Source: Haplodiscus bocki
Taxonomy: Eukaryota
Length of the DNA: 64,000 nucleotides
Assembly: GCA_965655095.1 (NCBI GenBank)
Contig: CBFHFQ010000247.1
Span: 1 to 64,000, forward strand
Direction: 5' to 3'
Both the position numbers and the translations under genes were made by a program. Shown here piece after piece: positions 27,500 to 41,411 of the stretch (positions are counted from its first letter, which is position 1; each line of letters begins with the position of its first letter). The notes below the pieces were generated by a model. The model had not been told where the DNA came from. It saw only the letters and a program-made list of their open reading frames with translations, and ran no database searches.

Positions 27500-30400
27500 C
27501 TCAGTGCCGTGATAAAGGTGATAGGTACAAAAAAGGATAATACACCATGCGGCAATAACCCACAATCGGAAATTGTATATATTGTGTATTATATATATAT
27601 ATATAATTCTGCTCCTAATTCGGTAGTGAAGATTTGTCCGCAAGATCCAAGTTCGTGAAGTTTTTTCAAAATAGGTGTTTTTGTAACTGTTTTCAACGGG
27701 CACTTGTTTTGACACATCAGAAAAGTGCGCGCGTTGGCTTTGCTCTTTCTGGAATGAAAGATACAGGTTGCACTGTTTTTCGAGGGGAAAATTAGAGTGA
27801 AAGCAAACCCTTTGGATGTCAAAATATTGTTTTTGCAAGATACCTTCATCAACTTGAAAGTCATCCTCACCCATCAGGGACCTTATTTTACTCTCTCTTT
27901 CCTTTCTACACCGTGTCAAGCCAACACAAGTAGGTCCATGGTTTTTGAGAGTCGAATCGAAACAAACTTCAAAAAAATTTTGATCGAGTGGAATTTGTTC
28001 GCAGATACGTTCAGGGCTGCGCATTTGAAGCAGAAGGGTTTTCTAATGCACTGCTACATTCAACCGGAAAGTCAATTACAACTTCAACGGAAATTCATGC
28101 CTTTCCTTAAAAAAACAGTTTTTAGGTGTTTCTGACTAGCTTTTTGGCCAGCCATGACATCACCCACAAGCAGTCTTACAAGATTGAGAATAATTTTTTG
28201 AATAATTGTTCTCGTGGAGACTGCTTTAGGAATACCGATTGCTCCTTTTGGAAATCAACGTTTTTCATTAATTGTGGAAATATTAGATGTGACACTGGCT
28301 ATGGGCTAACAACGGAGAGTAACAAAAGTTAACAGTCTAACCTGAAATCTCCCTGTTAAGCTCTTTCGTTTCATTTGCAAGGCTATTATCATGCAATTTC
28401 AACAAATTTCACAACCGAGAAGTACTTCGTTGAGTCAAGATGTATCAATAACAGTGCTTGACAAAAGATGTCTGTTTTGAAGTTTTTAACTTCTTTCTTT
28501 TGATGACAGGTGTTTTTCGTGACACTTCGTATGGGGTTCAGAATCCGCTGATTTTTTTGTCCTCCGAGTTTTTTTAACAGCAAGTATTTGTTGTAAAGCG
28601 CAATACAGCGGCGCCCAGTTTACTTGATTATCTGCGTCAAATAAAATCTATCAAAAATCGTCCGGAGACACTCATAGTATGCTCCGCGCTTCAAACTGTC
28701 ACATCAATTTCTGCAAAGGTTGTATAGTCTTACACTGGTTTCAACTGATAACCATACCAAACAATCCAACATTATTCCATCCAAAAGCGCTGTCTAGTTG
28801 CTTCACTACGCGTAGTCTTCGGCTAATTTTGTATGAGGTTAGACAGCACAGGTTAAAACCTTCATTCATACCCAAAAATCACAATATCTGCAGTTCTTCG
28901 CAAAACGAATGCACTTGTTTCTGTGATGATAGATCAGAATCATGAGAGTCAACTGGATTCCAACTTGTTTCTTTTATTAAACCCAAAAAAAATTCGATTA
29001 GTAAATCCACTACCAAACGTTGTAGCCGTAAACCTTGAAACTGTCACGGCTGGACTCTTAAGGACTTCATGGTATGTGTACTGGAGGATATAAGGAAAGA
29101 CCTTGGAAGCTTGTTTTCATTGTAATATTCCTAGTCAAGCCAGCTTAGCGCTTAAGAAACTGAGACTGCGAATATTTGTCAACAAAAAGAGTTGGTTCCT
29201 TTTGGCTCAAAAATTACAAGAAAAACTTCTGCCCAAAATTCATAGGATGAAACGGATGAGAAACGTCTTCATTCCTGATCGCAGAACAAAATTCGGCATA
29301 CGAGTTCACAACATCTACCTGTCTTTACAAAGTAACTAGTATAACAATTTCAAGTAGATCTTAGTAATCAACTGGCGCAGTACCACAGGTAAACTTCTCT
29401 TTAGTTTTTGCAGAACTACTGTTTTAAGTGCTAGGTTATATCTAGTAATGACCTGGTGACTTTTTGATACCTCGCTTGGAAGGTTTCACAACCTCGTTGA
29501 AGGTCAGTTCTAGAGTAGAAGGGGCAGTACAGAGGTCATTTCGCCTGAAGTAATTCCAGGGACCTCAAAGTTGGCCACATCCTGACTGACCGGATGAAAG
29601 TTTCCTCTCTCAACATTTTGAATATCTGCCCATTTGAAAATTTCTAAAACTTTTTGCTTCTGATGACCCTTTGAGGCTGTCTCAAACTCTACAAATGACT
29701 ATGCCAAGCATTTTTTTTGTAATTTCTCCGGAATGATATTGAGGCGCTGGAACTAGTTCTTGCATAAAATTCCGTCGAATTATCGTGAAGTGGTTGTGGA
29801 GTTGCCCCTTTCGTCTAAAGATAAATTATCTTTTGTTAGCTTCTGATATTGCACCAGAAATTTTCTCCGTGGTGCTGTGAAAACGTAACGGACTCAAAGC
29901 AACAAGAGAAGTTTCTTGCCCAGCAATTTCGGTTCCACGACAGAATGAAGTCGCGTAAGTTTTGAAAGTAATAAATTGATAGTTATTTTTCAATTTAATC
30001 ACCTTGCTGACATTTTTGAGAAAAATGCTCGGGCTCGTATTTTTTTGCTCTTATAGCTGAAAAGGCAAGGCGTCATATCGCATTTCTTCACCACCTATTT
30101 CATATACACGATTGTCTTCAAGGCAAAGTAAAAAAAAGTTTTTGTTGATTCTAACTTCGTAAAGTTTCGAGAAATCTTAAAATTTCTTGAAACATGAAGA
30201 AAAAACCCTTGAAGATCTTGAAACTTCAATCAAAACTATCGCTTTGTATCCACAAAAAAAGCGAGGTATTCAAACAACTCGTTGGAATTAGTCGGTTCGG
30301 GAGAGTGTTGTGCAAAAATTTTCAAAACCTGCTGTCTGAACATTTATAGAAGGTCGAATACAAGGCGGTATTTCGATCAACCACTCATGGAGCAGATTTC

Positions 30401-32200
30401 TGCAAGCCATTGACTTCAAAGCATTTGTGGTAACTCCTTAAGTTCTTCATTCAGTTTGAATCATTCATATTTCAGAACATGCCTAGACAAACATTGGAAT
30501 CCAGAGTCATTCATCTCGGATTCCCTGCTGACATCGATCACTGGCGGGTTTTGATGCATATCTGATAGGATCCTAGAATGGCCCAGACAGGACTCCCAAC
30601 CAAATTTCATTTTTTCTCCGCACTCAATTGTTGCTCTTCAAAGTTCTGGCTGTAACCCATTGCATTCGGTGATAAAAATGACGACTTACAGTTGAGTTGG
30701 GAGCCTTCATCAAACTGGACTTTCGCAGGTAGTAAAAATCAGAATCAGAATTCTCGCAGGAGAAATCGTAATTAACTCCATTGTCTACTTGGTGTAAATC
30801 CCACAAGATCAAAAGGCAAGATCAAAACGAGATCAAATCAATGAGCTTCTGCTGAATTGATGGTGAAAAACCAGGTTGCTTTCACTTTCTTATGACTTCC
30901 ACCAACCAGGTATTTTCTCAACGCTGGGTAAAGTTGCGGGAAAAATTCGGTTTTGTAGGAAACCTGCAACAAAAGTCAGATTTGACAAGCTTTTCGACAG
31001 CGTTGTTATACCTGATGTTGCTTGCAGTATCATAAATATTCGCGTTTCAATATTTCTCTTCGCAAGAGACGGTTTTAAGACAGACATTTGCCGAATCTTG
31101 AACTTGCTTTAGCTGCAAAAACTGAAGTGGTTGTCTGAAAACGTTGGTGCGGACTCCGGCACTCCGTTTTGTCAATGGTGGCGTTATGTTATTCTTCACG
31201 CTTTGATGACTGGGTCAGTTTCGACCGACCCACACGGAGGGGAAGTTAGCTTCTTCAACGATATTATCTCGGGATTTGCATACTGGCTGAACTTTTTTTT
31301 CGCTGGCGACTTTTGATAAAACTGCGGATTTTGAAAAAAAAAACGAATCGAAAAGTATCAGAGTCAAAACTTCCAACGTTTTTGTCGACTTTAAAGATGG
31401 TTTACTTGCTTCCGATTCCATCCTCAGGAAGAGGATCATCAGTCAAAAAGAAATGCAATTTCTTTGATCTGCAACGTTTTTTGAGCTTAACGCAAGTTTT
31501 ATTCTTCCTTATCAGGAGCCAATTGCTTTTGTTTCGAACCAATGAAGTTTTGTTGTCTCTTCTCTGGAATCAAAAGCATTCTCAGTACAATTCTCAAACA
31601 TTGGTTTTCCTTCTCTGGATCCAAGAGTTTACTTTGAGTTTTGAAATGCTTCAGTTGTTTCTTGCGACATTCCTGCAGATTTATTCTGAATTTTCTCAAA
31701 TCTTGTTCTTCTTTCACATTGTCTGAGGATCTTTTTCTCGCTTTCCGAAAATTATGCTCTTTTTGATCCAGATTATCAATAATTTGTTGGCTTTCAGTAG
31801 CCTCTAGGTTTTCCAAAACCTTCTCGTACCGTTGCGTACTTTTTTCTCCGAGTGTTTTCATCCTGGACTTGCTCACGAGACCTTTCTCTCTAATTTTCCC
31901 GCAAACAGCGTCATATGGATGGCGATGGACTTCCGAAGGAATGGATCTCTGACTGAGATGTCCTTGCGCCAATTTTGTCCGCCAAAACACAGCAAAGGGG
32001 AAACCATAAATTTGTCAATTTTCTTTCCATTGAGTTTACTCATAATGATGTTACCAGAGAGTTCGGCCTTCTTCGGCTGTTCTTCTAAGCAGCAGGACTG
32101 AGCGTTGATTACACAGAAGACAAATGAGACGAAGCAATCTCATTTTTCTTCTTCCAAACCACAGTGTGAAGATTTTTGAAGTCTGTATCATTCATTTTGT
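27500..32200 (-). mobile_element. Highly degenerate LTR-retrotransposon relic (gag-RT-integrase) on the minus strand
   Basis: Minus-strand YDALPFQL...SPSIF (~30030-30090, RT LPFGL.SP..F motif), then a decayed YxDD-like site (~29945). A charged coiled-coil ORF at 31499-31990 occupies the gag position, and integrase-like fragments lie at ~27500-28300. Confidence 0.4.
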
Positions 32201-33490
32201 TTGAAAACATCGTAGTGAACTTGAAATAAACTATCGAATTAGCCAACTTTTTATTGACTTACGTGCTGGAAGCACTACAAACAGGGTGTTTCCTCAGAGT
32301 GCACCATATCGACTATTTGTGGAAGAAAGGAATGAGGTCCTTTTTTGAGTATTGCGGGAACACATTGTATGAAACAGCTGAGAAACAGAAACTGATTGCT
32401 GAATTTCTCCTTGCAAGGAGACGTCGGTAGTTTCTTGGGGAGATTAACTTATCATGGATACAGGCGACATCTAAAGAAGGTTAGGACTCACTACGGGGCT
32501 TCAGTAATTACTTTCATATTGACAAAGAGCAACTGGAAAAGAACTATTATATTTTTCGAAACGAAGCTCGAATAACAACATAAGACCTCTTGAGAGAGGG
32601 AGAAAAATCTGTCAACAGAATTTCCTTTAGAAAAGAACCCACAACCACCGCCACTTTTCGATCACCAATTGGTGGTACATTGTGGGATTTAGTTACAAAA
32701 GTGTATTTCAATCACCTTTGAAATTGTCAGCCACAGAATTTGTGAAAACAGGGTGCGCTTCGTTCACGTTTTTTGCTATAGACGTCCCTTGCTGTCGGTG
32801 TAAATGCAAGACAAAATGATGATTCAAGTTGAACATGTCATTTGTCAAATTGGTGAACACAGCCTCAAAAAGGTGTTAGTTGTTCTCCGTTCTCCGGCCT
32901 GGCTTGGATCAGGTCAGAAACGACCCAAGTGATGGAAGATTACCACTTCACTACTAGACGATATAACTTTTCAAACTTGTAGAATTCTTTTGCATCCATT
33001 GAAAAATATTCGATTAAAAAATCGTATGAGTCGAAATCTCTGAACAGAGAAACTGAATCAGGTGTCACACTAAATCAGACAAGGGATGTCGTCAGATAAA
33101 AATATATAAACTATCATTTAATATATTTGAAAAAACTCAACTTATGAACAAAATTGTGTTGAAAAAAAAGCAAGGACAAACAAAAGAAAAACCATATCAC
33201 TCCAATTTTCGCGTAAAATTGAGCCATTATTAGGAAGGAACGTTATTCTGCGAGAAACTAGTCATATGACACCATAGCAAGTCACCATGTGGCCCTGTAA
33301 TCGTCTTTGAAACCATTTTAGTTAAAATAAAAAAAATTAGAAAGAAGAAAAGCGGCAATCATAACGCAACAGATCAACAGAAAACACTGGTTGACAGACT
33401 GCGTTCCCTAAAAACAGAAAAGAGGTAAGAGAAGTGTGAACTGAACTATAGTAAAAAAAAAACTCGAGGTCGACTCCACCTTCGTACCTT

Positions 33491-33560
33491 TCAATTCAAT
33501 TTATTTCGATGCATTTCCATTCAATTCAATTCAATTCAATTCAAATTAATTCAAATCCAT
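33491..33560. repeat. (ATTCA)n degenerate pentanucleotide microsatellite
   Basis: tcaattcaat...ttcaattcaattcaattcaattcaa seen directly. Confidence 0.85.
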
Positions 33561-36500
33561 TTCTTTTGAGTTCGAGAGATTTCCCGGCATTACGATAGCC
33601 AGTCGATTGAATACACGATAGTAATACAATGCCTAAGACAATGCGTTGCACAAATTGTCAGAACGGAGTGAAAATTAACTTCAACTCATTTGAAAAAAGT
33701 GAAAACAAAGCTAAACAGATAAACTACTGAGAGGCCAGAGCAATTCATCAACACCTCCATCTGAAACAGAGTTCGTATCAGTTTGATTTCAGGTAAAATT
33801 TGATATTGTTTGACATACTTCAGCTCACTTGGCAGGAACTGGAAATCAAGCATTGTTTCTAACAGTCTGGTACCTTGCATTACTAAAACCAACTAGTAGC
33901 TTCTTGCCACAGGAGGCTTTAAACTGCTCATCACTTCGTTGACTGAATCCAGACAGACATTTGTTCACCCAGTTTTTTGGTATCAGGTAGGTCTAATTTA
34001 AGACCTTGAACTAGTTCGGTGTAGCAATGCGCTCTATAGTACGTTGACAACAGAATAGCGGAACGAGTTATTTAGCCAAAAACCTGCACAATTGCGCCAA
34101 GATGGAAACAATATCAATTGATTCGAAAAATTACAGTTCAAGAGCAAGTGCATAACTGAATGTTTCTATCTGTAGCTCTTTACAACGTACAACAACAGCA
34201 TCAGATGATTGCACGAGCGGAAGGAGCTGGTCCTTAAGTTCATTCAATTCTAGAAAATTGACAACAACTTCAAACGGAATCCTTAAAACATATCTAACAA
34301 TTACACAAGCTTGTTTTTGGAATTGAGCTGGTTTACATCAACAGATCTCTTACATGGTCGGCAAAACAATCATGCAAAAAAAATGCTGCGATTCTTGAAT
34401 GCTCTGCACAGGATTATATTTTAATATGTTGAGACAGTAAATCACAAAACAACTTTGTAAGAAAAACCAACTGCATTCTCACAAACGTCGACTATCTACA
34501 TTTGGCTTTCAGGTGATTCCATTCTGAAAATGGAAACCAGTGATAGGTTCTTTCAACCAGTACAAAATGAATCACGCAATTGGGTGTGATTAAAATCCAG
34601 CATTCGCCTTAGAATAAAATCAGTGAGATACGATATCAACCGTGGTTGGTATCCCCAATGTAAAGGCTGTCAATCACAGCAAGTCTTTCCAACTATAAAC
34701 ACATAAGGACTAACTGCCTTACGTGCAGGAAAAACTTTGTCTCAAATGTTGTCTCAGTTAGTAAACTCTTCAATTGAGTCTAAAGAATACAAGGTGTTCA
34801 AAAAAATTATACAGCTTGCTCAAAAAACGGTAATAAAGTCATAGGGGCGACAAAAAAACGAAAAAAAACAGATAACATAACGAGCTCAATGTAACACTGT
34901 TTTCAAGCCAACCGCACAACGATCTCTTTTCGATGAAGCGTTCAATTTCAATCGAGTTTTTAGACTTTTTGTTTCAAGGTGCCTGGATCTTTGGAGAGTA
35001 AACACTAAAGTACACGTTCATGTTGTTCAGTTTTGTCCAATGCACAAAATTCTCCTTAACTAAATGCAATAAGAAACTGTCGAGAATTAATGTGAAGAAT
35101 CAGAAAAATTCATAACGTCAACGCGAAGGCAAGCCTTAAGGAATGAGACCAGGCCTCGGTTAGGTGTACACGCAGAGAAAAATTCATTAGCCTGGAATAA
35201 AACCCTTAGGTATACAAAGTTCGATAACGTTCCAGCGACGTCAAACCTACTAGAAATGACGAAAAAGCTGCAGCGAACAACTTCTCGATTTTGAAGTTGC
35301 AACAACATTTACTGTCATAAAGTATTCAAACAGCTACAATGTCTTTTGATGCCACTAACAATATTGAACTAAAGTAAAAGAGTGCGAGGCCACCTCATTT
35401 TTTACATTGCAAGATTTCAAAATCAACCATAGCAATAGAAATTTCTTCCTAGGTACACAGTTTAGGATTGAATTGAATACGTACAGATACTTATGTTTTC
35501 CATACATATACTGAATTCAGAAAAAGAGGTTCAGGAACTGACTTCTAGATAATTTATCAGTACAAGCAATGGTTTAGTCACAAATCTTGACTGCTGAATC
35601 TCCTGCAACAATCGATACAAAACTGAAAAATTTGTTTGCTAGAGCGCTTACAATACGATCAACCATTAAAAATTATAACGTGAAGAGAAGCGAATTTCCA
35701 GTGCTTTTAAAAATTTCCCTCAGGCCAGATGTTACATCTAACTAATGAGAGCAAACGTGAAAAAAGTCTTTTCATACGAAGTTAATACCCTAAAAAAGCT
35801 TGTACAAATTGAAAGAAAATTCAAGCAACAACAGTTCAAACAACAAAAAAGCCAAAAGAATCCATTGCTATATCAGACCAAATGACAGGTTAACTATATA
35901 ATCCCTGGATGGTTACAGAGCATACACTCACCAATACACCCAAAAGTGAAAAACACAGTAGCTCCATTTTTCGTTTATTTCATCTTATTGAAATTGATTG
36001 CACACTGAGAATCTAGTTTTAAAGAGCTAGTCTTTTTCTCCTTTGTAAGTTGTTCAAACTGCTTTGAAGCTTCATCAACATTTAGATTCCTCCTCCATGA
36101 TAATCAAAATGAAAAGACCATTTTGTTTTATGTACCATACTTGTTTTTTTGCAGTCATCGCAGGCAACAATCATCTAATGAACAAAAAAGTCACCAGTAA
36201 CCACGTTATTCAAAAATGGCCCAATAAAAATCAAAACACCTGAAAACATAAATCTTTGTTGATTCCACAAAAACAGGATCAGTTTCTCTGTGTAAAATTA
36301 TCAACGTTTGTCAGTAATTGTATGCTTTCCCATGACATCTGGTTGCTGCACTTGTAGAAAGTTTGTACAATTTAACTTGTACAAAAGTTATCACTGCCAA
36401 GGACGTCAGTGTCTGATTTGATCTTCTGAATTTTTGGATACGAATAGTTCCTGTGTATAGGACGCATCATTGAGTTACTTTAATAACAATATTCGTATGT

Positions 36501-39351
36501 AAACAGAAACAATGTCATCAGATAGATTATACGTGAAAGGCAACTGAAATTTTTTTTCCAGCCTAAAGTAAAAAAAACTCAAGTGAAAACCATCGGCTAC
36601 ACCTCAGAATGAGGTTATTGAATGTTGAAGACCTATTGGTGTTTAAACTTCTGCGTTAGGTTAGTATGCAAAAATTGTTCTTCACTGATTTGTATTTGAA
36701 TGGTTACGGAGAAATAGATCAAGATATCACCGTTGTCTAGAGGTGATGGGCAACCTGAGAATTGAGTTCTTAGCCAACTGAGAATCGACCCGAAAGGTTT
36801 TTGGCTAAATTGAGCCGAAGAAAATCCAAAATTTTGTTGATTGCAATCAATTGCCGTGCAACATTGTATTCTCTAAGGTAACCAGACTCAATAAAAGGTC
36901 AGGCTTGGAGTGCTTAGGTTTTTCACCAGAAAAAAAATTCACCGTTTGGGTTCACTAGTTCCAGACGGGATGTTTTTTTGGGCTTCAAGTTCTTTTTTGT
37001 CTTTATTTAACCCTCAATTTTTACAGTTGCTGTCAGGTTGACAAGGTGCACGACGTCGACCTCAACCTGTAGGTGCAATTGCAAGTTTTCTTCAACTATT
37101 AGTTCATGGACTCTAATGCCGCGAACCTAATGACTTCGAACTATGCCGCGAACCAGTTCAGCGCAATCTACAGAATGCGGCACGTTGAAGGCTTTTTCCC
37201 TTTTTCTAACGTGTACAATCAAAAAATGTACCTGCGTGAAGTCTTCATCTCTATCCTAAATAAATATAAACTCTTCTGTTTCGACATCGATTTTGTCCAA
37301 TAATTTTTTTGTTGTGCAAGTTGCAAGCCACACTAATAATCAAACGGATCTCTCCTTCCGGTAGAGTTGAAACATTCATAGCGTCTGCGCATCCTCCCAC
37401 GTGGTGACAGAGACACGTTCACCTGTCCTTATTTGATTATCAAACTCAAAATATCTGCAATTCCTGAAGTTTTGAAAACTTCATGACCCTAGCCGACATT
37501 AGAGGAGTTCATCTTCAGTGGCAATGGGCGCTTTCTATCAAAGCTTTCTATTTCGCAGTACGAACTGCAATTAAATAGAATGAAGTTGTTTAGTTGAATA
37601 AGTAAAAAGGTATTCTTTGCAAATTGCATCGTTGTTAATCTGAAATTTAACTTTGCAAAGACATCTTTTCTCAAGACAACAAAAATTGAACTCTGTACTT
37701 TTCAATTAATTGAAAGAACTTTCGTATTCATTTTCAAGCTAAAGCGTTTTTTTCCTTTTTAGAGTCCAATAGCAGAGTAATTTTTCGAAAGAATCTTCAA
37801 TTACTTCCCTTTACCTATCAAACAAAAGATCCTAAGCTCGTTTCCCATCCGAACAACATTTTGCATCCCAAATAGTAATATATTATATATGGAGGACAAA
37901 TAAATCCATACGCCAGTTTTCTGTCGCCAATAACTCAATCGCTTTTCATTGATTGCCGTGTTCAAATTTCACTGACTGATAACTAAACTGATAAAGTTTG
38001 TCTTTTTAACATCAGAGTTGGTTGTATCTGTCAATTCGTTTATCCGAAGCAAAAGTAGAGAAAGTTATTTGCTCCTCCCTTATACATCTTGGAAAAAATC
38101 AGTAAGCTTAAAACCAAGAGTTTGCGAAAGTGACACATTTTCTCTGGTATACAACAGCGATTTTCAGCTAAAGCAACGATGAATTCAAAGAAAATCAAGC
38201 CAATTTTTTTTTCGATTTACTGCCTCAGTTACATGCAGAGTTAATTTCATTTCTTCCGTCACGTACTATTAAGCATTAGCAAAGGCACAGTGTGGTACTT
38301 AGTCTTTGAAGCTTTCGAGAAATCCTGAGAGGTTAGTCAAAGTGTTTGCACAGCAGTCGTGAATGAAAACTGTTAAGGCGTTGATTTGACTCAATGTCAA
38401 TAAGAGGGTAAACCTGGTAAATTTATATCCACAATTTGGAGGCACATAGCTTCAGCATATCAGCAGTTACTTTCAATTTCAAAGAAACGAGCAAAAACAG
38501 TTAGCGATTTTCTTTCATTTTAAGGATCAAACAAAAAAAAATTCCGAAAGAAAATGGTGAAAGAAAGATGATCTTCTTCTACGACCAAAGTAGCAGAATT
38601 TTTTTCTATGGGAATCGAGGTACTGTTTTTTTTCTGTGAAATCGATAGGAAAAAAACACTCTTTTAAGGCTAATATTTCATGTCTGTGAACAATTTTTGT
38701 AGTTCCATTATTTCTGAAAAGTTTGGCGCGATTCGAAGCTTTCACTTTCATGCGAAATCGTGACAGCTGTTTTGGAGTGAATCAGCCCTAATTCGGTGCC
38801 ATGACCACTAAAGTTTTTTTGGGAGCTACAAAAAGGCACTGATTGAGCCTTGATTCTATAACTTCTCCACCGAACCGCTACCATGCACAAGTTATGGTCA
38901 TAATTATCTTGCTTTGCATCTGTCTGATTTTTCAGTTACTTTAGTTCACATTATTTCCAGAAGGCAAACTAATCCGATATAAAGTTGACCACGTTAATAC
39001 AGACCAATTTTATTGACAATTTGGTGAATAACCAGAACTATCGAGACCGGCTAATTTGAGTTGATGATTTTAGTACAAATCTACAGGAAGCTGTGAACAA
39101 AAACACACGTGTTGTTTACTTCTCTAAAAGCCAGAGACACTACTGTTGCAGCTTACCAATGCTTCATCTCACATGTTAAACAGTTGAATTTCAAAGATTG
39201 AAAAGTAACAACAAACAATCTCAGTGATCGCCAAAGTTATATTCAGAAACAACAGTCAAGTATCCTGATGTAACCCAGAAAGTTTCTTTAGAATTATTTC
39301 CGCTATCTCCTGGAACATTTCGGTCCAAAAACCAAAAAAAACTACAAAAAC

Positions 39352-39551
39352 NNNNNNNNNNNNNNNNNNNNNNNNNNNNNNNNNNNNNNNNNNNNNNNNN
39401 NNNNNNNNNNNNNNNNNNNNNNNNNNNNNNNNNNNNNNNNNNNNNNNNNNNNNNNNNNNNNNNNNNNNNNNNNNNNNNNNNNNNNNNNNNNNNNNNNNNN
39501 NNNNNNNNNNNNNNNNNNNNNNNNNNNNNNNNNNNNNNNNNNNNNNNNNNN
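39352..39551. other. Assembly gap (200 N)
   Basis: Run of N. Confidence 1.
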
Positions 39552-39689
39552 TTTTTGGTTTGGTGGCAATATGCTTAAAGCTAAATGATGAATTCACGTG
39601 TCTTACGACTTCTCCTAATTTGAATGGCAAATAATGTTGGGACAATTTGCAGGAATGTGGCCGAAAATATTGCATTACCGAAATATACC

Positions 39690-40490
39690 CTGTCTTAATA
39701 CATTGATGGGTAGTGTACGCTAACTTTTTACTTTGCTGAAGTACATGCTGTTTCTTTACATTGTTGAGCTTTACCCAAACTTTTTACAATGCTGAGCTAT
39801 ACCCAATTCTAACACATTGTTGAGGTATACCCTATCTTATTACATTGCTAAGCAATTCTCAAAGACTAATACTTTGCTGAGCTATACCCAATCCTAACAC
39901 GTTGTTAAGATATAGCCTATCTTAATACATTGCTGCGGAATTCCCAATTTGAATACAAACTGAGCTATACCTAATCCTAACACATTGTTGAGGTATACCC
40001 TATCTCATTACATTGCCAAGCAATTCCCAAATACTAAAACATTGCTGAGCTACACCCAATCCCAACACATTGCTAAGATATAGCCTGTTTTATTACATTG
40101 CTTAGCATTTCCCAATTTCAAGACATACTGAGCTATACCCAATCCTAACACATTGTTGAGGTATACCCTATCTCATTACATTGCCAAGCAATTCCCATAT
40201 ACTAATACAATGCTGAGCTACACCCAATCCTAACACATTGTTAAGGTATAGACTGTTTTATTACATTGCTGAGCATTTCCCAATTTCAAGACGTACTGAG
40301 CTATACCCAATCCTAACACATTGTTGAGGTACACCCAACTTTGGTTTATTGCTGAGGTAAACCCTAACTCATTACATTACCGATTTATACTCAGTCCTAA
40401 CACCTCGTTGAGGTATACCAAATATTAATCCATTGCTGATTTGTACCCGATCTTAGTACATTGTCGTACCATGGCTGATCTTAACATACT
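39690..40490. repeat. Tandem minisatellite, 28-bp monomer with 168-bp (6-mer) higher-order repeat
   Basis: Monomer is approximately TGAGCTATACCCAATCCTAACACATTGY. The higher-order unit restarts at 39793, 39961, 40129 and 40297, an exact 168-bp period. Monomers are more degenerate at both edges. Confidence 0.92.
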
Positions 40491-41411
40491 GCTGTCAGAT
40501 TGCGGGAAACGTTGTCGCCAGCCAATCAGAATCGAGCATTTCGTCAGCCGATAGCACAATCAAAAATCAACCTACACCTCTGTTATTCAAACCGTAGCCC
40601 GCAGAGAAGAATTAAACCCTTGAACCAGGATTTTCAAGATATAAATCCTAAATGCGATTAAGTTTCTATTAGCCTTTAGTATATATCCATATTTTCATAT
40701 TTATATTTTGCTTGTCATGAACTTTTGGCACCTTCCCCTTTTTGCTGTTTTATTTTGTTGCTATTTTTAAAATGATGTCATGATGACACAATGTAAAATT
40801 CGGCCCTTTGATCTTCCAACTTAAATTAAATTGGCAGATATGACGTCAGGGAACTGGGCTTCCCGATTGGTCGACGGACGTGAGGTCAAAACAAGGGAAG
40901 CGTGACCCACGACTGACCGAGAGCTGAAATCAAAAGAAATATAATCATTTGGAAAAACAGTTGCTCAAACATTCATTCCAACTGTTAATTTTCGTTTTGA
41001 GTTATTAAAACTTCCAATAGTTTTAGTACTTTAAATTATCATCACGTTGTTGTATTATTGTCGATGCTGCTATCTCAAGCATATTTCAGTTAATAAAACA
41101 AATATGCTTTCTACTCGCAAAAAAGACAGTCAAATAGAAGGCTCCTCAGCCAATTAGATGACTCCGATCAAGATATCATTATTGGCAACACTGCTGGTGA
41201 AAGGCAAGAAAAGACTATAGTCAAGGAAGGTACTGGTGACCGGGACTTTACCGAGAACAGTTAAAATGTAACAAATATGTTGTAAAAAAGTAGCTATAAT
41301 TTTGTCAAAGGAATCCGAAGCGTTCGTTCAAATCACGTAACTCTTCTCAAGACCTAAAGGTTTAGTTTTCTGAAAATGCTGAAGCTTTTGAAAAATACAG
41401 ACAAAGATACA

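Noticed and set aside
33690-34350. Possible minus-strand spliced host gene (splice-like sites and a protein-like stretch ITRSAILLSTYYRAHCYTELVQGL)
   Set aside because: In-frame stops flank the stretch. I could not establish a consistent exon chain or family motif.
39256-39675. ORFs spanning the N run
   Set aside because: Artefacts of the assembly gap.
39690-40490. CRISPR-like array of ~28-bp repeats
   Set aside because: The monomers are contiguous with no unique spacers, the variation itself repeats every 168 bp, there are no cas genes, and the context is eukaryotic.
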